64,000 bases of DNA, taken from positions 151,809 to 215,808 of the IMG/VR virus record IMGVR_UViG_3300046653_000093; one strand, written 5' to 3'. The notes below the pieces were generated by a model. It worked only from the letters and a program-made list of their open reading frames with translations, was not told the origin of the DNA and ran no database searches. Shown here piece by piece: positions 31,212-41,401 of the stretch; within the stretch, counting starts at the first letter, position 1, and every line of letters begins with the position of its first letter. A program made the position numbers and the translations under genes.

Positions 31212-31580
31212 TTACGTTCCTATATGCCAAATATGAACGTCTACAGTACCAATACCAGCAAAATATATCTCATTCTCTCCTCTTGGTCCAAAGTCAAGAG
31301 TTTGCCCAGAGCTAATACGCCCATGGATATTGTAACCAGAGAAAGAATATATTACGTCTGTTCCGCTAACACCAACCAACATTATTCTACGAGCCCCGCG
31401 AAAAGCTGTACGAACTTGAGGTGTTATTGGGAAAAGCGGATAGTAACCGTCATAGCCATCATAAGGTGTTCCTATCGGCGCAACATATCCATCACCCCAT
31501 GTACCACTTGTTACAGATGTGTTTGTACTTACGACCTTAAAAAAATTGTAATCCTTTCCTGTATTAACTGGCTTGCCCAT
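31212..31580 (-). CDS. Small virion protein (3 DGY motifs)
   Basis: GAGG RBS before MGKPVN; beta-rich. Confidence 0.55.
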   Translation of the reverse strand: MGKPVNTGKDYNFFKVVSTNTSVTSGTWGDGYVAPIGTPYDGYDGYYPLFPITPQVRTAFRGARRIMLVGVSGTDVIYSFSGYNIHGRISSGQTLDFGPRGENEIYFAGIGTVDVHIWHIGT

Positions 31581-31662
31581 TATAACCTCAAATACATACA
31601 AAAATATACCATTGAGCCTTCTAAAACTTAAATATCAAGCTAGAACATCCATATCTATTATA

Positions 31663-32445
31663 TCATGGCAAGCTCTGCCAAATTATATAGACAGTTACAG
31701 CTCCAGTTGTCGGAGAATTAGTTTCTGTTACATTTGCGAATATCGCCTGAGATGCTGGGTATATCGCTTCAAATCCAGTTGACTGAGACATATCACTGCC
31801 TAATGATGTTAGCGCAAATCCGCCAACAATAGATCCTACCGCTACAGATGGTATTATTGTTTGAGAAACAACTATTTGCTGCCCACCAGAAGTGGAGCCT
31901 ATACTAATCGCTGAGCTAGGACTACCGCCACCAGTAATTGCTGTCTTCACTCTCAAATCAATTGATATCAATTTCCATCGACCGGAACCAGATGGACTAG
32001 AAGTCCTAGTATCAATAAGAGTATTGGCAGTAGTTGTAAGATCAATATCAAAAGAAACAGCTATATATGGAGATGGAGCCGCTTGACCAAGACGAGTATC
32101 TATTCTTGCAATATGTTCGCCAATATATCCGTCTATCGGAGGTGCATAGTTAACTGGTAAATATGATAGCTCTATAAAGTATCCATCAACAGGATCACTT
32201 CCACCAGCCTCATGGGTGCTTGCGTGTGTTGCTGGTGTTCTTGAATTTACATAACCTATCGTCGCATAACCATCGATAGCTAAAAGAATTTCATTATCCA
32301 CAGCCTCTACCATTTCCAGGGCGGCTGAATACCCATCCAATACAGCTCCTAGGCCATCAAGTTTAACCTTATCTGCGGCTGACATTTCTCCATTAGCTAA
32401 TTGAGAAGAAAGAAGACTTGGATCTTTGTAATTTATTGTACCCAT
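31663..32445 (-). CDS. Fibre/adaptor protein
   Basis: GEMSAADKVKLDG fibre motif; HASTHEAGGSDP module shared with the collagen fibre; start refined to MGTINY (GAGG RBS). Confidence 0.6.
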   Translation of the reverse strand: MGTINYKDPSLLSSQLANGEMSAADKVKLDGLGAVLDGYSAALEMVEAVDNEILLAIDGYATIGYVNSRTPATHASTHEAGGSDPVDGYFIELSYLPVNYAPPIDGYIGEHIARIDTRLGQAAPSPYIAVSFDIDLTTTANTLIDTRTSSPSGSGRWKLISIDLRVKTAITGGGSPSSAISIGSTSGGQQIVVSQTIIPSVAVGSIVGGFALTSLGSDMSQSTGFEAIYPASQAIFANVTETNSPTTGAVTVYIIWQSLP

Positions 32446-32516
32446 AAAACCCCTCGCACATGCTGGCGTAGCCGCTGGTTTATCAACAACATACAAAAAT
32501 ATCCGTTGCGCTTCAT

Positions 32517-34684
32517 TTATTGAGCATAGATGCTGTATACATCATTATTTCCTGATTCAGCCACAAGCGATACAGCATTGAGTCCAGTAAGTGATAGGTT
32601 TGAAATTACGAAGGAAGCTCCATTGCCTGTATATGACAAGGTGTTATCAGCTGTAGCCATCCAGATTGTGGCTACATTTGTGGCCATATCTGGTGCAAGC
32701 ATGACACAATCTACAGAACCATCAGCATTAACCGTTGCATAGCCTGAAGCCCCACCAACAACTGTACCTAAGGCACCGGTGATCAGGTTGAAGTTGGCAA
32801 ATCCAGAGCCTCCACCTACTGCTAAAGCCACCCAATTTCTACCGGTTGGCTTGATACGCACTCGGAAGACAACTGGTCCTCTCACATAACCTGGTATTGT
32901 ACCAACCACAGTAGATATATCATGACCGCCAGTGCTATTATCCTCTACCAGTGTTGTGTTGTTCCAAGAAGCGACTCCTGCATCAATAAGGAATGAAAGA
33001 GTGCCTGTCACAGCCATTGTGCTTGCTACAAGCGAATAGCTTGGTATTCCATGAGCCGAGCCACCAGGAGCCGTTCTCGCCAAAGATACAGAGCTATTAG
33101 GGGTAGTCCAAGGCGCTGGAAAGAATACTGGCGTTGTTCCGTTTAGCGTGACCGAACCACTATTAGTGTAGCGGAACTGTGTTCCCGCCGGATTTGGTGG
33201 CGTTACTAAATTAACTTTACCGTATGTAACAATATTTCCTGAACCTATAGAGTTAATATTTTCAGGCACAGCTAACTGTCCTCTAACGTTTCTGATGTCT
33301 AAACTGTGGCCCGACACTCCAGTAGTAACCAAGGTAGTTGAACTATCCACAATTAATGCATCGACAATATTATCTTTGCTGATACAAGCATCACCATAGA
33401 TGATACCTGCTGAGATTCCGGACACAAGCAACTTCCCAAAGTGGTTTCTGTTGCACCCAAGAGTTCCATTTGCACCCAAGACTACGAGCGCTGTAACTAG
33501 ACCTGGAGTTTGTGCACTCGCATTCAAGTCTGAGATATCATTATCACAGAAATCAGAGCCAGTCCAAAACACGCCTGCAGTACCAATTACATTGACAGCC
33601 TTGAGTCCGCGAATCGTATTTCGATGGCACCCACACTCATCTGCTGGGATATCAATATTGATCGAAGTTGCGATAAATGGTCCACAGCAGTTCTCACCAG
33701 TGGCCCCATCAATAGTTGAATCCCAAGTAGTATTTAACCATACCGTGTATCCAATATTCTCACTCTTGACATTGCGAACAACAGCACCACGTTGCCCTTC
33801 GATAGCAAACCCAGAACGATTCGAATCAGTGCCATCCAACCCTATCGTAATAACATTATCAACCAAGTTATCTCTACCACTAATATCAAAGCCAACTAGT
33901 GAGGTACTGGATGTTCCTGCTGTTTGCTGGATAATTCCAGGACCAATTACTGAGCATCTCCAAACAGAGATCAACTCAATGAATCGATTGTCCGCATAGG
34001 AACCATCAAAAGCACATAAAATTTTGGCATTATTCAACTTTACATTGAAATTGATTACTGGTGAATATTTATAAATGTTACTTGCAGGTATGGAGAACAA
34101 TACAGGGGCATCCAAATTGACAGTTGTGCCAACAACCGATATTGCCTGAAACGAGACCCGTGCACCTTTGTTCGTACTGATCCAAAAATAATCTCCAGCT
34201 ACCAATGGTGTACCAGACCATGTAACTGTGAGACTATTAACTCTAGCCGCAGTAGCTCCAATAGATCCTATTGTGGCGGGAGTTCCTGGGTTGGCTACAA
34301 TCGGGCAAGTTCCAAGACCAAAAGTAGTAGTTGTAATTATCGTATTTCCATTAAGATCTAGCGTAATATTAGAACGATATTTCCATTAAGATCTAGCGTA
34401 ATATTAGAACGAGCAGCGATAATGGTGTGATTACAAATATAAGGAAGTGTAGATTTTCTCAACTTTACGGTAGATCCATAAGGTGCCGCTTGTACAATTG
34501 TATTGATTGCAGACCAGTCATCTGTTGTCGAACCATCAATTGGAGGCCCAGCCCAAACGATTACGGAATCATTTCTAGAAACATAACCATCTGATATGTT
34601 ATTAAGCTTGATGCTATCTTCCGCTTGAAAGAAACCAAAAGATTCTTCCTTCACATGTCCCGGGAATTTCTGGAATTTAGACAA
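32517..34684 (-). pseudogene. Tailspike/fibre gene (beta-helix) split by a 35-bp tandem duplication
   Basis: Removing one repeat copy fuses ORFs 34358..34684 and 32517..34205 into a single 710-aa frame (..RSNITLDLNGNTIITTTTFGLG..PLVAGDYFW..); DGSTTDDWSAIN tailspike-like motif. Confidence 0.8.
34343..34412. repeat. Perfect 35-bp tandem duplication (frameshifting)
   Basis: tatttccattaagatctagcgtaatattagaacga x2. Confidence 0.95.
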
Positions 34685-34730
34685 GTTAACCTCAAATATT
34701 TAGCTCCATATATTTACTTACAACAATGAT

Positions 34731-34743
34731 ATGCAAAAATATT
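34731..34743 (-). promoter_or_regulatory. Putative late promoter element AATA-N5-GCAT (representative copy)
   Basis: TA-N5-GCAT found upstream of at least 12 gene starts; see findings. Confidence 0.6.
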
Positions 34744-34751
34744 CGTTGCAT

Positions 34752-34782
34752 AAACAAAAAGCCCCGGTTTGCACCGAGGCTC
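34752..34782 (-). terminator. Rho-independent terminator after major capsid gene
   Basis: Minus strand GCCTCGGT-GCAA-ACCGGGGC followed by TTTTTGTTT. Confidence 0.85.
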
Positions 34783-34813
34783 TCTGTATTCATTTTGAAC
34801 TAACTAGCTAGCA

Positions 34814-35815
34814 TTATCCGACGATTGTTGACTTGCGAGAAGCAGCAACGGCGCGTGGGTTCACGATACCGATACCAATCTCTTCCGACACAACCCATCC
34901 TAGTTTTAACTGTTTTGGTTCATCAGCTGGGATAACTTCGATGTCCTGACGGATTGGAAGCACACCAACGAACTCTGGGTCAGAGGCACCGTAGACTGTT
35001 CCTGGTGGAACGATCTTCGAAACCATAATGTCAGCGCCCCAGATGTGAGCATACAGACCTGTCTGAAGAATCTCACGCTGCGTAACTGGATCAATTTCAC
35101 CAGCCGAGGTTCCGGAAGATGCCCAGTTAAGGATGTCCGTAAACTCATTGATGTTCATGAAGTACTTCGTTGTTACAAGGTCCCAACGATCAATCTGAAC
35201 CTTGATCTCAACCAAGTCTCTCTTCAACAGACCGCTGTCTGTGATGTCCTGCAACGTGTTTTCAACACTCGATGCTGCGTCGATAGCCGCAAAGATGTTT
35301 GCATCTTCTTGAGCCATCAATTCTTGACGGGCCTTTTGAACGGCACGGTCAATAACGTTGAATCGACGACGACGAACCTCAGAGATACGAACTGTTGGGT
35401 TCGAATAAAGCTCGAACGTTGGCACAACGATACGATCACCGAACACACGAGACTCACCACCGGTACCATTGCTGGAAATGACGGTAGCTGCTACGTCAAT
35501 ATCACGCTCATACTTCGGGTCAACGCCTTGTGGAAGAGGATCAACCACCAACAGACGACGGGCAATTCCCTGATAATCCAAGTTACGACGAATTGGGTTC
35601 GCCATAGCCTGAGCAAGAGCAAGCTTTCCTTCCTGTGTCATAATCGCACGAGCAATAAGCTCATCGCGCTTTTCGTCATTCAAACCTGGTTGGCCCGAAA
35701 GAGCCATATTTGAAGGCTGGCCCTCTTCGAGGATCGCAGCGTACTTAACTAGCGTATTCAATGCATCCTTTACGGATGTGGCATTCATACCACCACGGGT
35801 ATCAAATAAAGACAT
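34814..35815 (-). CDS. Major capsid protein (HK97 fold)
   Basis: 333 aa from MSLFDTRGG with AGGAG RBS; LAQAMANPIRRNLDYQGIARR, IDRAVQKARQELMAQED, GWVVSEEIGIGIVNPRAVA; followed by terminator. Confidence 0.85.
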   Translation of the reverse strand: MSLFDTRGGMNATSVKDALNTLVKYAAILEEGQPSNMALSGQPGLNDEKRDELIARAIMTQEGKLALAQAMANPIRRNLDYQGIARRLLVVDPLPQGVDPKYERDIDVAATVISSNGTGGESRVFGDRIVVPTFELYSNPTVRISEVRRRRFNVIDRAVQKARQELMAQEDANIFAAIDAASSVENTLQDITDSGLLKRDLVEIKVQIDRWDLVTTKYFMNINEFTDILNWASSGTSAGEIDPVTQREILQTGLYAHIWGADIMVSKIVPPGTVYGASDPEFVGVLPIRQDIEVIPADEPKQLKLGWVVSEEIGIGIVNPRAVAASRKSTIVG

Positions 35816-35874
35816 ATATAATCTCCTAATGTTTGTTTGTAAGCTGCCAAAATCCATCAACAGCTAGCGGAAGA

Positions 35875-35895
35875 GGAGGGGAATTCCACCCCTCC
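35875..35895. promoter_or_regulatory. Intergenic stem-loop upstream of the capsid gene
   Basis: ggagggg-aattcca-cccctcc inverted repeat without a U-tract. Confidence 0.45.
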
Positions 35896-35914
35896 AAATC
35901 CATATATCGATCAA

Positions 35915-36610
35915 TTATGTAAGCGGAGGCGAGAAGTAGAACAGAGCACGGAATGCTCCACCACTTGGGTTCAGGATTGTTCCTGATGGGCTCAAGGCAG
36001 CCGTTACCAATGTGACCGGGGTTGTTACCAAGCTTCCACCCTTATAAGATTCGAAGTTCAAGAACCTTCCGACAATTGCATAACCATCAGAGTCAAAGTT
36101 CACCGAAGCGTTAGGTGTCAACAGACCAGCAGCCGTTGCGTACAACGGAGCACCAATCTTGAGGCTTGAGTTAGTTGGTACCAAGCCCGTGAGGACCGTG
36201 GTGTCAACTGCATCCAAAGTCACAGCGTATGTACCTGGCTTGTCCCACAGAGTGACCTTGCCAGAAGCGTATGCCGTGTGTGGGCCCAAGTTAACTGCTG
36301 GAGCCTGCAGACCATATGAATACTGTCCGGCGATTCCACCAATTAATGAACCAAACAAAGTTCCATATCCAAAGATACCTTCGTCAACCAACATAAGAGG
36401 ACGATCACCAGGAACCAAAACCGTAGTAACAACTGGTCGAGATGTTCCTACGTATCCGTCCTGATTCACATCAGCAGCTGCTTTATCAGCAGTGCGTGAT
36501 ACACCCTTAATCGTCGCGACTTCTCCACCCTTTAGGGTGATATAGATACCATCTGCGCCGTCAAATTGTCCTAGCGGTTGAATGCCAGGCTGAACAAGTT
36601 CTAATGCCAT
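35915..36610 (-). CDS. Capsid decoration/cement-like protein
   Basis: Directly upstream of MCP; VTLWDKPGTY..LKIGAPLYATAAGLLT similar to the 44703 and 43512 paralogs. Confidence 0.6.
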   Translation of the reverse strand: MALELVQPGIQPLGQFDGADGIYITLKGGEVATIKGVSRTADKAAADVNQDGYVGTSRPVVTTVLVPGDRPLMLVDEGIFGYGTLFGSLIGGIAGQYSYGLQAPAVNLGPHTAYASGKVTLWDKPGTYAVTLDAVDTTVLTGLVPTNSSLKIGAPLYATAAGLLTPNASVNFDSDGYAIVGRFLNFESYKGGSLVTTPVTLVTAALSPSGTILNPSGGAFRALFYFSPPLT

Positions 36611-36774
36611 AATTATTTCCTATTTGCACCACTTCTTTGGTGCGCCATGCGTCTTACATCTTTAGGTCTTACTTAAGTCGGTTTATGGGAACCGAGACAC
36701 CATAGTCTCGATTTATAAGGTATCGAGCAACCTCTATAATAAATGCAACTGTAGTAGTAGATGAGAAATTATTT

Positions 36775-37284
36775 TTATACATTTTCTATCAAATTCGTCA
36801 GCTGCTTCATACGCTCATCAATACTCATAGTTTTTGGCTGTTTTTCAGGGATTTTTGGAACACTTTTTTTACCAGAAGAAGGTATTTTTCTAGGTGTGGT
36901 ACTGCCCTCGGTGCCCTGATTTTGATTACCCGTTGGGCTCCACTCATCAGAATTTGCGTCATCTTGTGAAATGAACATACTGTTCATTGGTGTTCCGCTA
37001 AGGCGATTAGGGTCGCTTGGATCACCAAGGTCATCAAGATTAGCTTGGCCAAACTTTGATAGTAGTGTGAGTGCGGCATCCACATCAGATATGGATGCAT
37101 TTGGATTTAGCTGTCCATTGCGCCAAATCATTCCCCTTACAGATGGAACGCTTGCTGCAATTAGATTGTCGAGTCCCCTCATGACTCTGCGAAACTTCAA
37201 ATCAGAATCAATAGCAATGCTAGGAGATTTACTGTGTAAGTATCTCTTCCAGTCTTCTATTGTGTTCTGAGATCTCTCATCCAT
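36775..37284 (-). CDS. Hypothetical protein (putative internal head protein)
   Basis: 169 aa, translationally coupled block. Confidence 0.5.
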   Translation of the reverse strand: MDERSQNTIEDWKRYLHSKSPSIAIDSDLKFRRVMRGLDNLIAASVPSVRGMIWRNGQLNPNASISDVDAALTLLSKFGQANLDDLGDPSDPNRLSGTPMNSMFISQDDANSDEWSPTGNQNQGTEGSTTPRKIPSSGKKSVPKIPEKQPKTMSIDERMKQLTNLIENV

Positions 37285-38524
37285 TTAATCCTAAATTAGC
37301 AAGCAATTCGTTATTAAGATCACCCATCGATGGCTTTTGTGGGGTTGGCTGATTTGAGGCAATTTGAGCGTTAGTATTCGTCGGCTTTGGTTGCGCTTCT
37401 TTCGATGCGGCCTGAGCTAATGTCTCATGAATTTCTGGAGTCTTTTCTTTGGCGACATCAATAGCGCCTTGGAACTTTACAAGCTCTTGATCAATCGCCC
37501 CCAACAAACCTCCACTTGTGCTCTCTTGCTTTCCAGGGGCAAATTGCTTGATGGTAGAAAATACATCGGCTTTACCTTCAAGGGCATAGATAAGTGTCTC
37601 TTCTGGAGTATCTGTGAATGAACGTGTAAGAGCGTGCAGCTTTGCTGACCAGGAACCTCTTTCCTCGGTATCTTCACTAGCCATAATACGAATCGCACTA
37701 GCCCATCCTTTGATAGCTCCTTTGATTTTGGCCAATTGATTCATGTAATTTGTAACTATTTGATGAGCGGCTTCAGCCTTCTTCTTTTCATCTTCTTGCT
37801 GAGCGGCAGAAATTGATTCATCAACAGAATGAATTGGAACAAGTTGAGTCTTTACATTGTATACTTGCTTTGCCATATTCATTGCATTAATCATATCTCT
37901 TCTGATTGGAGCTGCATAGGCTCGATCAGATAATGGATTAAGTGCAGTTATTACCTTCTGAGCATTTTGATAAACGTCCTCAGCTGGAGGAGCTCCCGAG
38001 AAGAAATAATAACCCAGCCCCAATACTGCTGCCGCTATGCCGGCTACTGCTAAAGGGGCAATTGCCTCCTTTTTCATCTGGCGCTCTTCCAAACGCTGAG
38101 CACAAGAATCAGCAAGTACCATCAACTTCTCTTCTTCTTGACTGTCAAGCGTAAACGCTGACCTTATCAAAGAATCTAAAAGTTCTTTTTTTGCCGCAAC
38201 ATATCGCCTTTGTGTCAGTTGCCCATTCGGCATCTTCAACGCAATATAGGCCATCATGTCCTGATGCTGTTGTTCATTTTCAACAACAGAATTCATTGCA
38301 TCATAAGCACGACCAACTGTAGCTGTTTCTGGATGAGCAAATTCAACAATGTTCTTTTTCTTTTCCGGCTCTGGCTCGATGTTGTATAGCAAACGAATAG
38401 CATCGTCGGAAAGTGAGTCATAACTTCGCGGCAAAGTGCCAGATTGGCCATCCTCTTCGGCCACCGAAATTAGCCCTTGAGCAACGGCTATCTTTTCAAA
38501 TTCATCCCAAATATCATGGCTCAT
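37277..38524 (-). CDS. Putative internal head/ejection protein with TM segment
   Basis: KKEA followed by hydrophobic IAPLAVAGIAAAVLGLGYYFF; start refined to MSHDIW. Confidence 0.5.
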   Translation of the reverse strand: MSHDIWDEFEKIAVAQGLISVAEEDGQSGTLPRSYDSLSDDAIRLLYNIEPEPEKKKNIVEFAHPETATVGRAYDAMNSVVENEQQHQDMMAYIALKMPNGQLTQRRYVAAKKELLDSLIRSAFTLDSQEEEKLMVLADSCAQRLEERQMKKEAIAPLAVAGIAAAVLGLGYYFFSGAPPAEDVYQNAQKVITALNPLSDRAYAAPIRRDMINAMNMAKQVYNVKTQLVPIHSVDESISAAQQEDEKKKAEAAHQIVTNYMNQLAKIKGAIKGWASAIRIMASEDTEERGSWSAKLHALTRSFTDTPEETLIYALEGKADVFSTIKQFAPGKQESTSGGLLGAIDQELVKFQGAIDVAKEKTPEIHETLAQAASKEAQPKPTNTNAQIASNQPTPQKPSMGDLNNELLANLGLNG

Positions 38525-38525
38525 A

Positions 38526-39599
38526 TTATTTTCTCCCTTCATTCACGGATTTGAAAACATCATCAATGAACAGCTTCACAACCTCATCCCTTGATTTGTA
38601 GGGATCTGGAATAACCACTTCAAGTTGCCCAGGTTTCCAGTCCTCTGTTATTTCACGGACGGCATTCCAAAAAGAAGGTGTATTCAATATAATGCTTTTA
38701 TATTGGTCTAGACTTGGATATGACTGCAATGCCCATTTCAAAAGCATTTCGTGAGGTTGCTGTCCATTTAGTTCTTCAACCCACATGTCACCTGGTTTTG
38801 TTTTGTAAACATAAGAATTCACACCAGTAGGAGCTGGCGTCTGAGAACTACTAACCTGAGGTGCAGATGCTGCTGGTGTAATAGATCCTTGTCCAACTTC
38901 ACCTGGCTTCTTTGAAAATGCTGAGGTAGCAACTCCAGCTACCGCAAGCAAACCAGCAGATAGAAGTATCGTTTTCAAGAACCACGACAGCAAGCCAACA
39001 ATTATATTGCCCCTTCGTCTCGCACTAAATAGATTAAGTAAACCCTTCAATGGATTAAGCCAACCGCCTTCTGCACGATTGCGCTCAAGATATGAATTAC
39101 TTTTACCTATTGCTTCTTTGGTAAGTTGGCCTTTATTCCTCATCGCTCGTAATGGATAGAAAAGGTCATCAGCTTCGCCCTCTTCTGGCTGAGGTTCTGT
39201 TGAAGAGGTCTCTGAAGCTTCAGGTATGGCGGCTTGAGCTGCATTATTAATCTGCTCAGCGGTTACTGGTTTACCAGCCTCGATATCCGGCAAAATGGCA
39301 TTCTTAATTTTCTCGTAGATTGCTGTAAGATCATATCCAAAATGCTCTGCTATAGCAACCAAAGCGCCTAGTAAGGGATGAATACCAAAAAACAATGCTG
39401 GGGCTAAAAGATCTACAATCTTTCTTGGAGTGCTATAGTTTCCACCTACCAACGAAGAAACTTCATTACCAATACTTGGCAGAATAGCCGCTAGATCAAA
39501 AGCGTACTTCTCAAACCGATTGTCATTAAATTCAGCAAGAACCTGAAACGTTTCTTCAAGCAGAATTGTATCGGATACATACTGAATATCACCATTCAT
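38526..39599 (-). CDS. Putative internal head/ejection protein with TM segments
   Basis: Hydrophobic LLAPALFFGIHPLLGALVAIA and IIVGLLSWFLKTILLSAGLLAVAGVA; KYA and KEA motifs. Confidence 0.5.
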   Translation of the reverse strand: MNGDIQYVSDTILLEETFQVLAEFNDNRFEKYAFDLAAILPSIGNEVSSLVGGNYSTPRKIVDLLAPALFFGIHPLLGALVAIAEHFGYDLTAIYEKIKNAILPDIEAGKPVTAEQINNAAQAAIPEASETSSTEPQPEEGEADDLFYPLRAMRNKGQLTKEAIGKSNSYLERNRAEGGWLNPLKGLLNLFSARRRGNIIVGLLSWFLKTILLSAGLLAVAGVATSAFSKKPGEVGQGSITPAASAPQVSSSQTPAPTGVNSYVYKTKPGDMWVEELNGQQPHEMLLKWALQSYPSLDQYKSIILNTPSFWNAVREITEDWKPGQLEVVIPDPYKSRDEVVKLFIDDVFKSVNEGRK

Positions 39600-41401
39600 T
39601 ATTGTCCTTTTCTAGCCCTTTCCATTCTTTCTTTATACTCTCTTCCCCAAACGCCAAGCAGACCCCTAATCTTATCTTCCCACTTACCAAGAAAATCATG
39701 CTGCTTTTCAAGGGTTGATTGAAGTTCATTATACTTTTGCTCCAGCAATCTATCATCATGCTTACCGCGCTCTTTCCAATCATTAAACTGATTGATTGCA
39801 GTAGTGCTCCACTCATTATAGATGTCCCTCAATGAGTCCCTAACCGCCGCTGCCCATGGCCCAAAATTCGCATATTTTTCAGCATCATTAGTACCAGCTA
39901 CATTACTTAGAGCTATTTGTTCCCATCCACCAAATGACCAATCCTTAATATTTAGTTGTGGTAACAAACCTCCAATAGTCAAATCAGAAACAGATTTGCT
40001 TTGTCTGCTAGGAAAGTTCTGCATGATGATAAAATTACCAAGAGGTGGCCCTTGATTTGTTCTACCATAAGTATGTCCACTACTACCCTCACCTTCGCCC
40101 TCATCGCGTCGCTGATGAGCTTTACCAGTAGTTCCACCAGCTCCAGTGCCATGCAAAAGTTCCCTAATCATCTTCCTGGTTACAACTGGAACTTTTGGAT
40201 TACCACTAGCTTTGATAGCTTTTATTAGATCGTTCTTTATATCATTCCAAGCATTGGATATACTTTCCATTTGTTGGGCATAAAACTTACCAAGTTGAGC
40301 ATCATATTTATTTGCAATCTTACCTTTCCTATCTGGTCGTGGACTTGGCAAAGATCCTGGCTTTCCAGCGGTTCCATTCCACGCCCCATATAGTGCATCA
40401 AATTCTGCGTTTGCTCTTTGCAAAAACCATTTGATACTATCTTCAATAACACTCAGGCAGTGTGAATCAGAAGATTGAGCAGGGGCAACTGGAGCGGCCA
40501 CGACTGGAGCAGCGTCTTGTCCTAATCGGAAAATAGTTCTATCCAAAATCTCACTTGCCAATTTTCCGAAATAATCATCTAATGCCGCAGTAGCTGGAGC
40601 TTTAGCGGGAGCTAGTTTAGGAGCAGGCTGAGGTTCGGAATCTAATGGATTACAAGGGAAGTGAGGTTTCAGCCCACTCATAAAATCAAAGAAGCTTAGA
40701 AGATCTGCTAAATCTCCCATTGTTACTGGATGACGTCCCCAACCAACACCAAACGGATCTGATAAACCAGAATCTGGAAGAGATGGATCAATAACATCAA
40801 CAACAATCATTCCAGATCCCTCGGCAACAGATTCAACAGATGTTTGAATGCCAAGCGCACCGAATATTCTTGAGATGTTGTTTATGTTCTCACGAGCCTT
40901 CTCAATCAACTCTGCATCTTTCATTGATTGATATGGAATCGTACCAGTGCCTTCAGAAATTATTACGTCCTTGATGTTTAGCTGGGTCACCAAAGTCTTA
41001 ATTGCAACAAGTGCATCATGGGTATTCTTTCCCCATACACCATCGGCAGCTGCTGCACGCGATGAAGCCGACGATCCTGTTCTGGCAAAATGCACAGCCT
41101 GATCTGTAATGAGCTTAGCAGTCACCTTGGTATTTGGATCTTGTTGCTGTAAAGTGATAACAACTGATTGAGCAACATCTGGTTTACTTAGCTGAGTTCC
41201 TAAATCAACCATTAGGTTTTGCATTGTAGCAACTGTGCCATCAACATCTTTGTTGGTTGATTTAACGCCACCGGCAGGGGCTCCTCCACCACTAGGTGCG
41301 GCTCCGCCATGTCCACCAGGAATATGAGCCTTTCCTGTAACGCCACCACCGCCGACGCCAACCCAAGAGGCTACGTCCTGCCCAGCAAACTTAGAAGTCA
41401 T
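39599..41401 (-). CDS. Putative ejection protein with peptidoglycan-binding-like motif
   Basis: ADGVWGKNTHDAL (DGxxGxxT pattern of PG_binding_1 domains); 600 aa. Confidence 0.45.
   Translation of the reverse strand: MTSKFAGQDVASWVGVGGGGVTGKAHIPGGHGGAAPSGGGAPAGGVKSTNKDVDGTVATMQNLMVDLGTQLSKPDVAQSVVITLQQQDPNTKVTAKLITDQAVHFARTGSSASSRAAAADGVWGKNTHDALVAIKTLVTQLNIKDVIISEGTGTIPYQSMKDAELIEKARENINNISRIFGALGIQTSVESVAEGSGMIVVDVIDPSLPDSGLSDPFGVGWGRHPVTMGDLADLLSFFDFMSGLKPHFPCNPLDSEPQPAPKLAPAKAPATAALDDYFGKLASEILDRTIFRLGQDAAPVVAAPVAPAQSSDSHCLSVIEDSIKWFLQRANAEFDALYGAWNGTAGKPGSLPSPRPDRKGKIANKYDAQLGKFYAQQMESISNAWNDIKNDLIKAIKASGNPKVPVVTRKMIRELLHGTGAGGTTGKAHQRRDEGEGEGSSGHTYGRTNQGPPLGNFIIMQNFPSRQSKSVSDLTIGGLLPQLNIKDWSFGGWEQIALSNVAGTNDAEKYANFGPWAAAVRDSLRDIYNEWSTTAINQFNDWKERGKHDDRLLEQKYNELQSTLEKQHDFLGKWEDKIRGLLGVWGREYKERMERARKGQ

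Noticed and set aside
34358-34684. 108-aa ORF and 562-aa ORF as two independent genes
   Set aside because: They form one reading frame once the 35-bp duplication is collapsed
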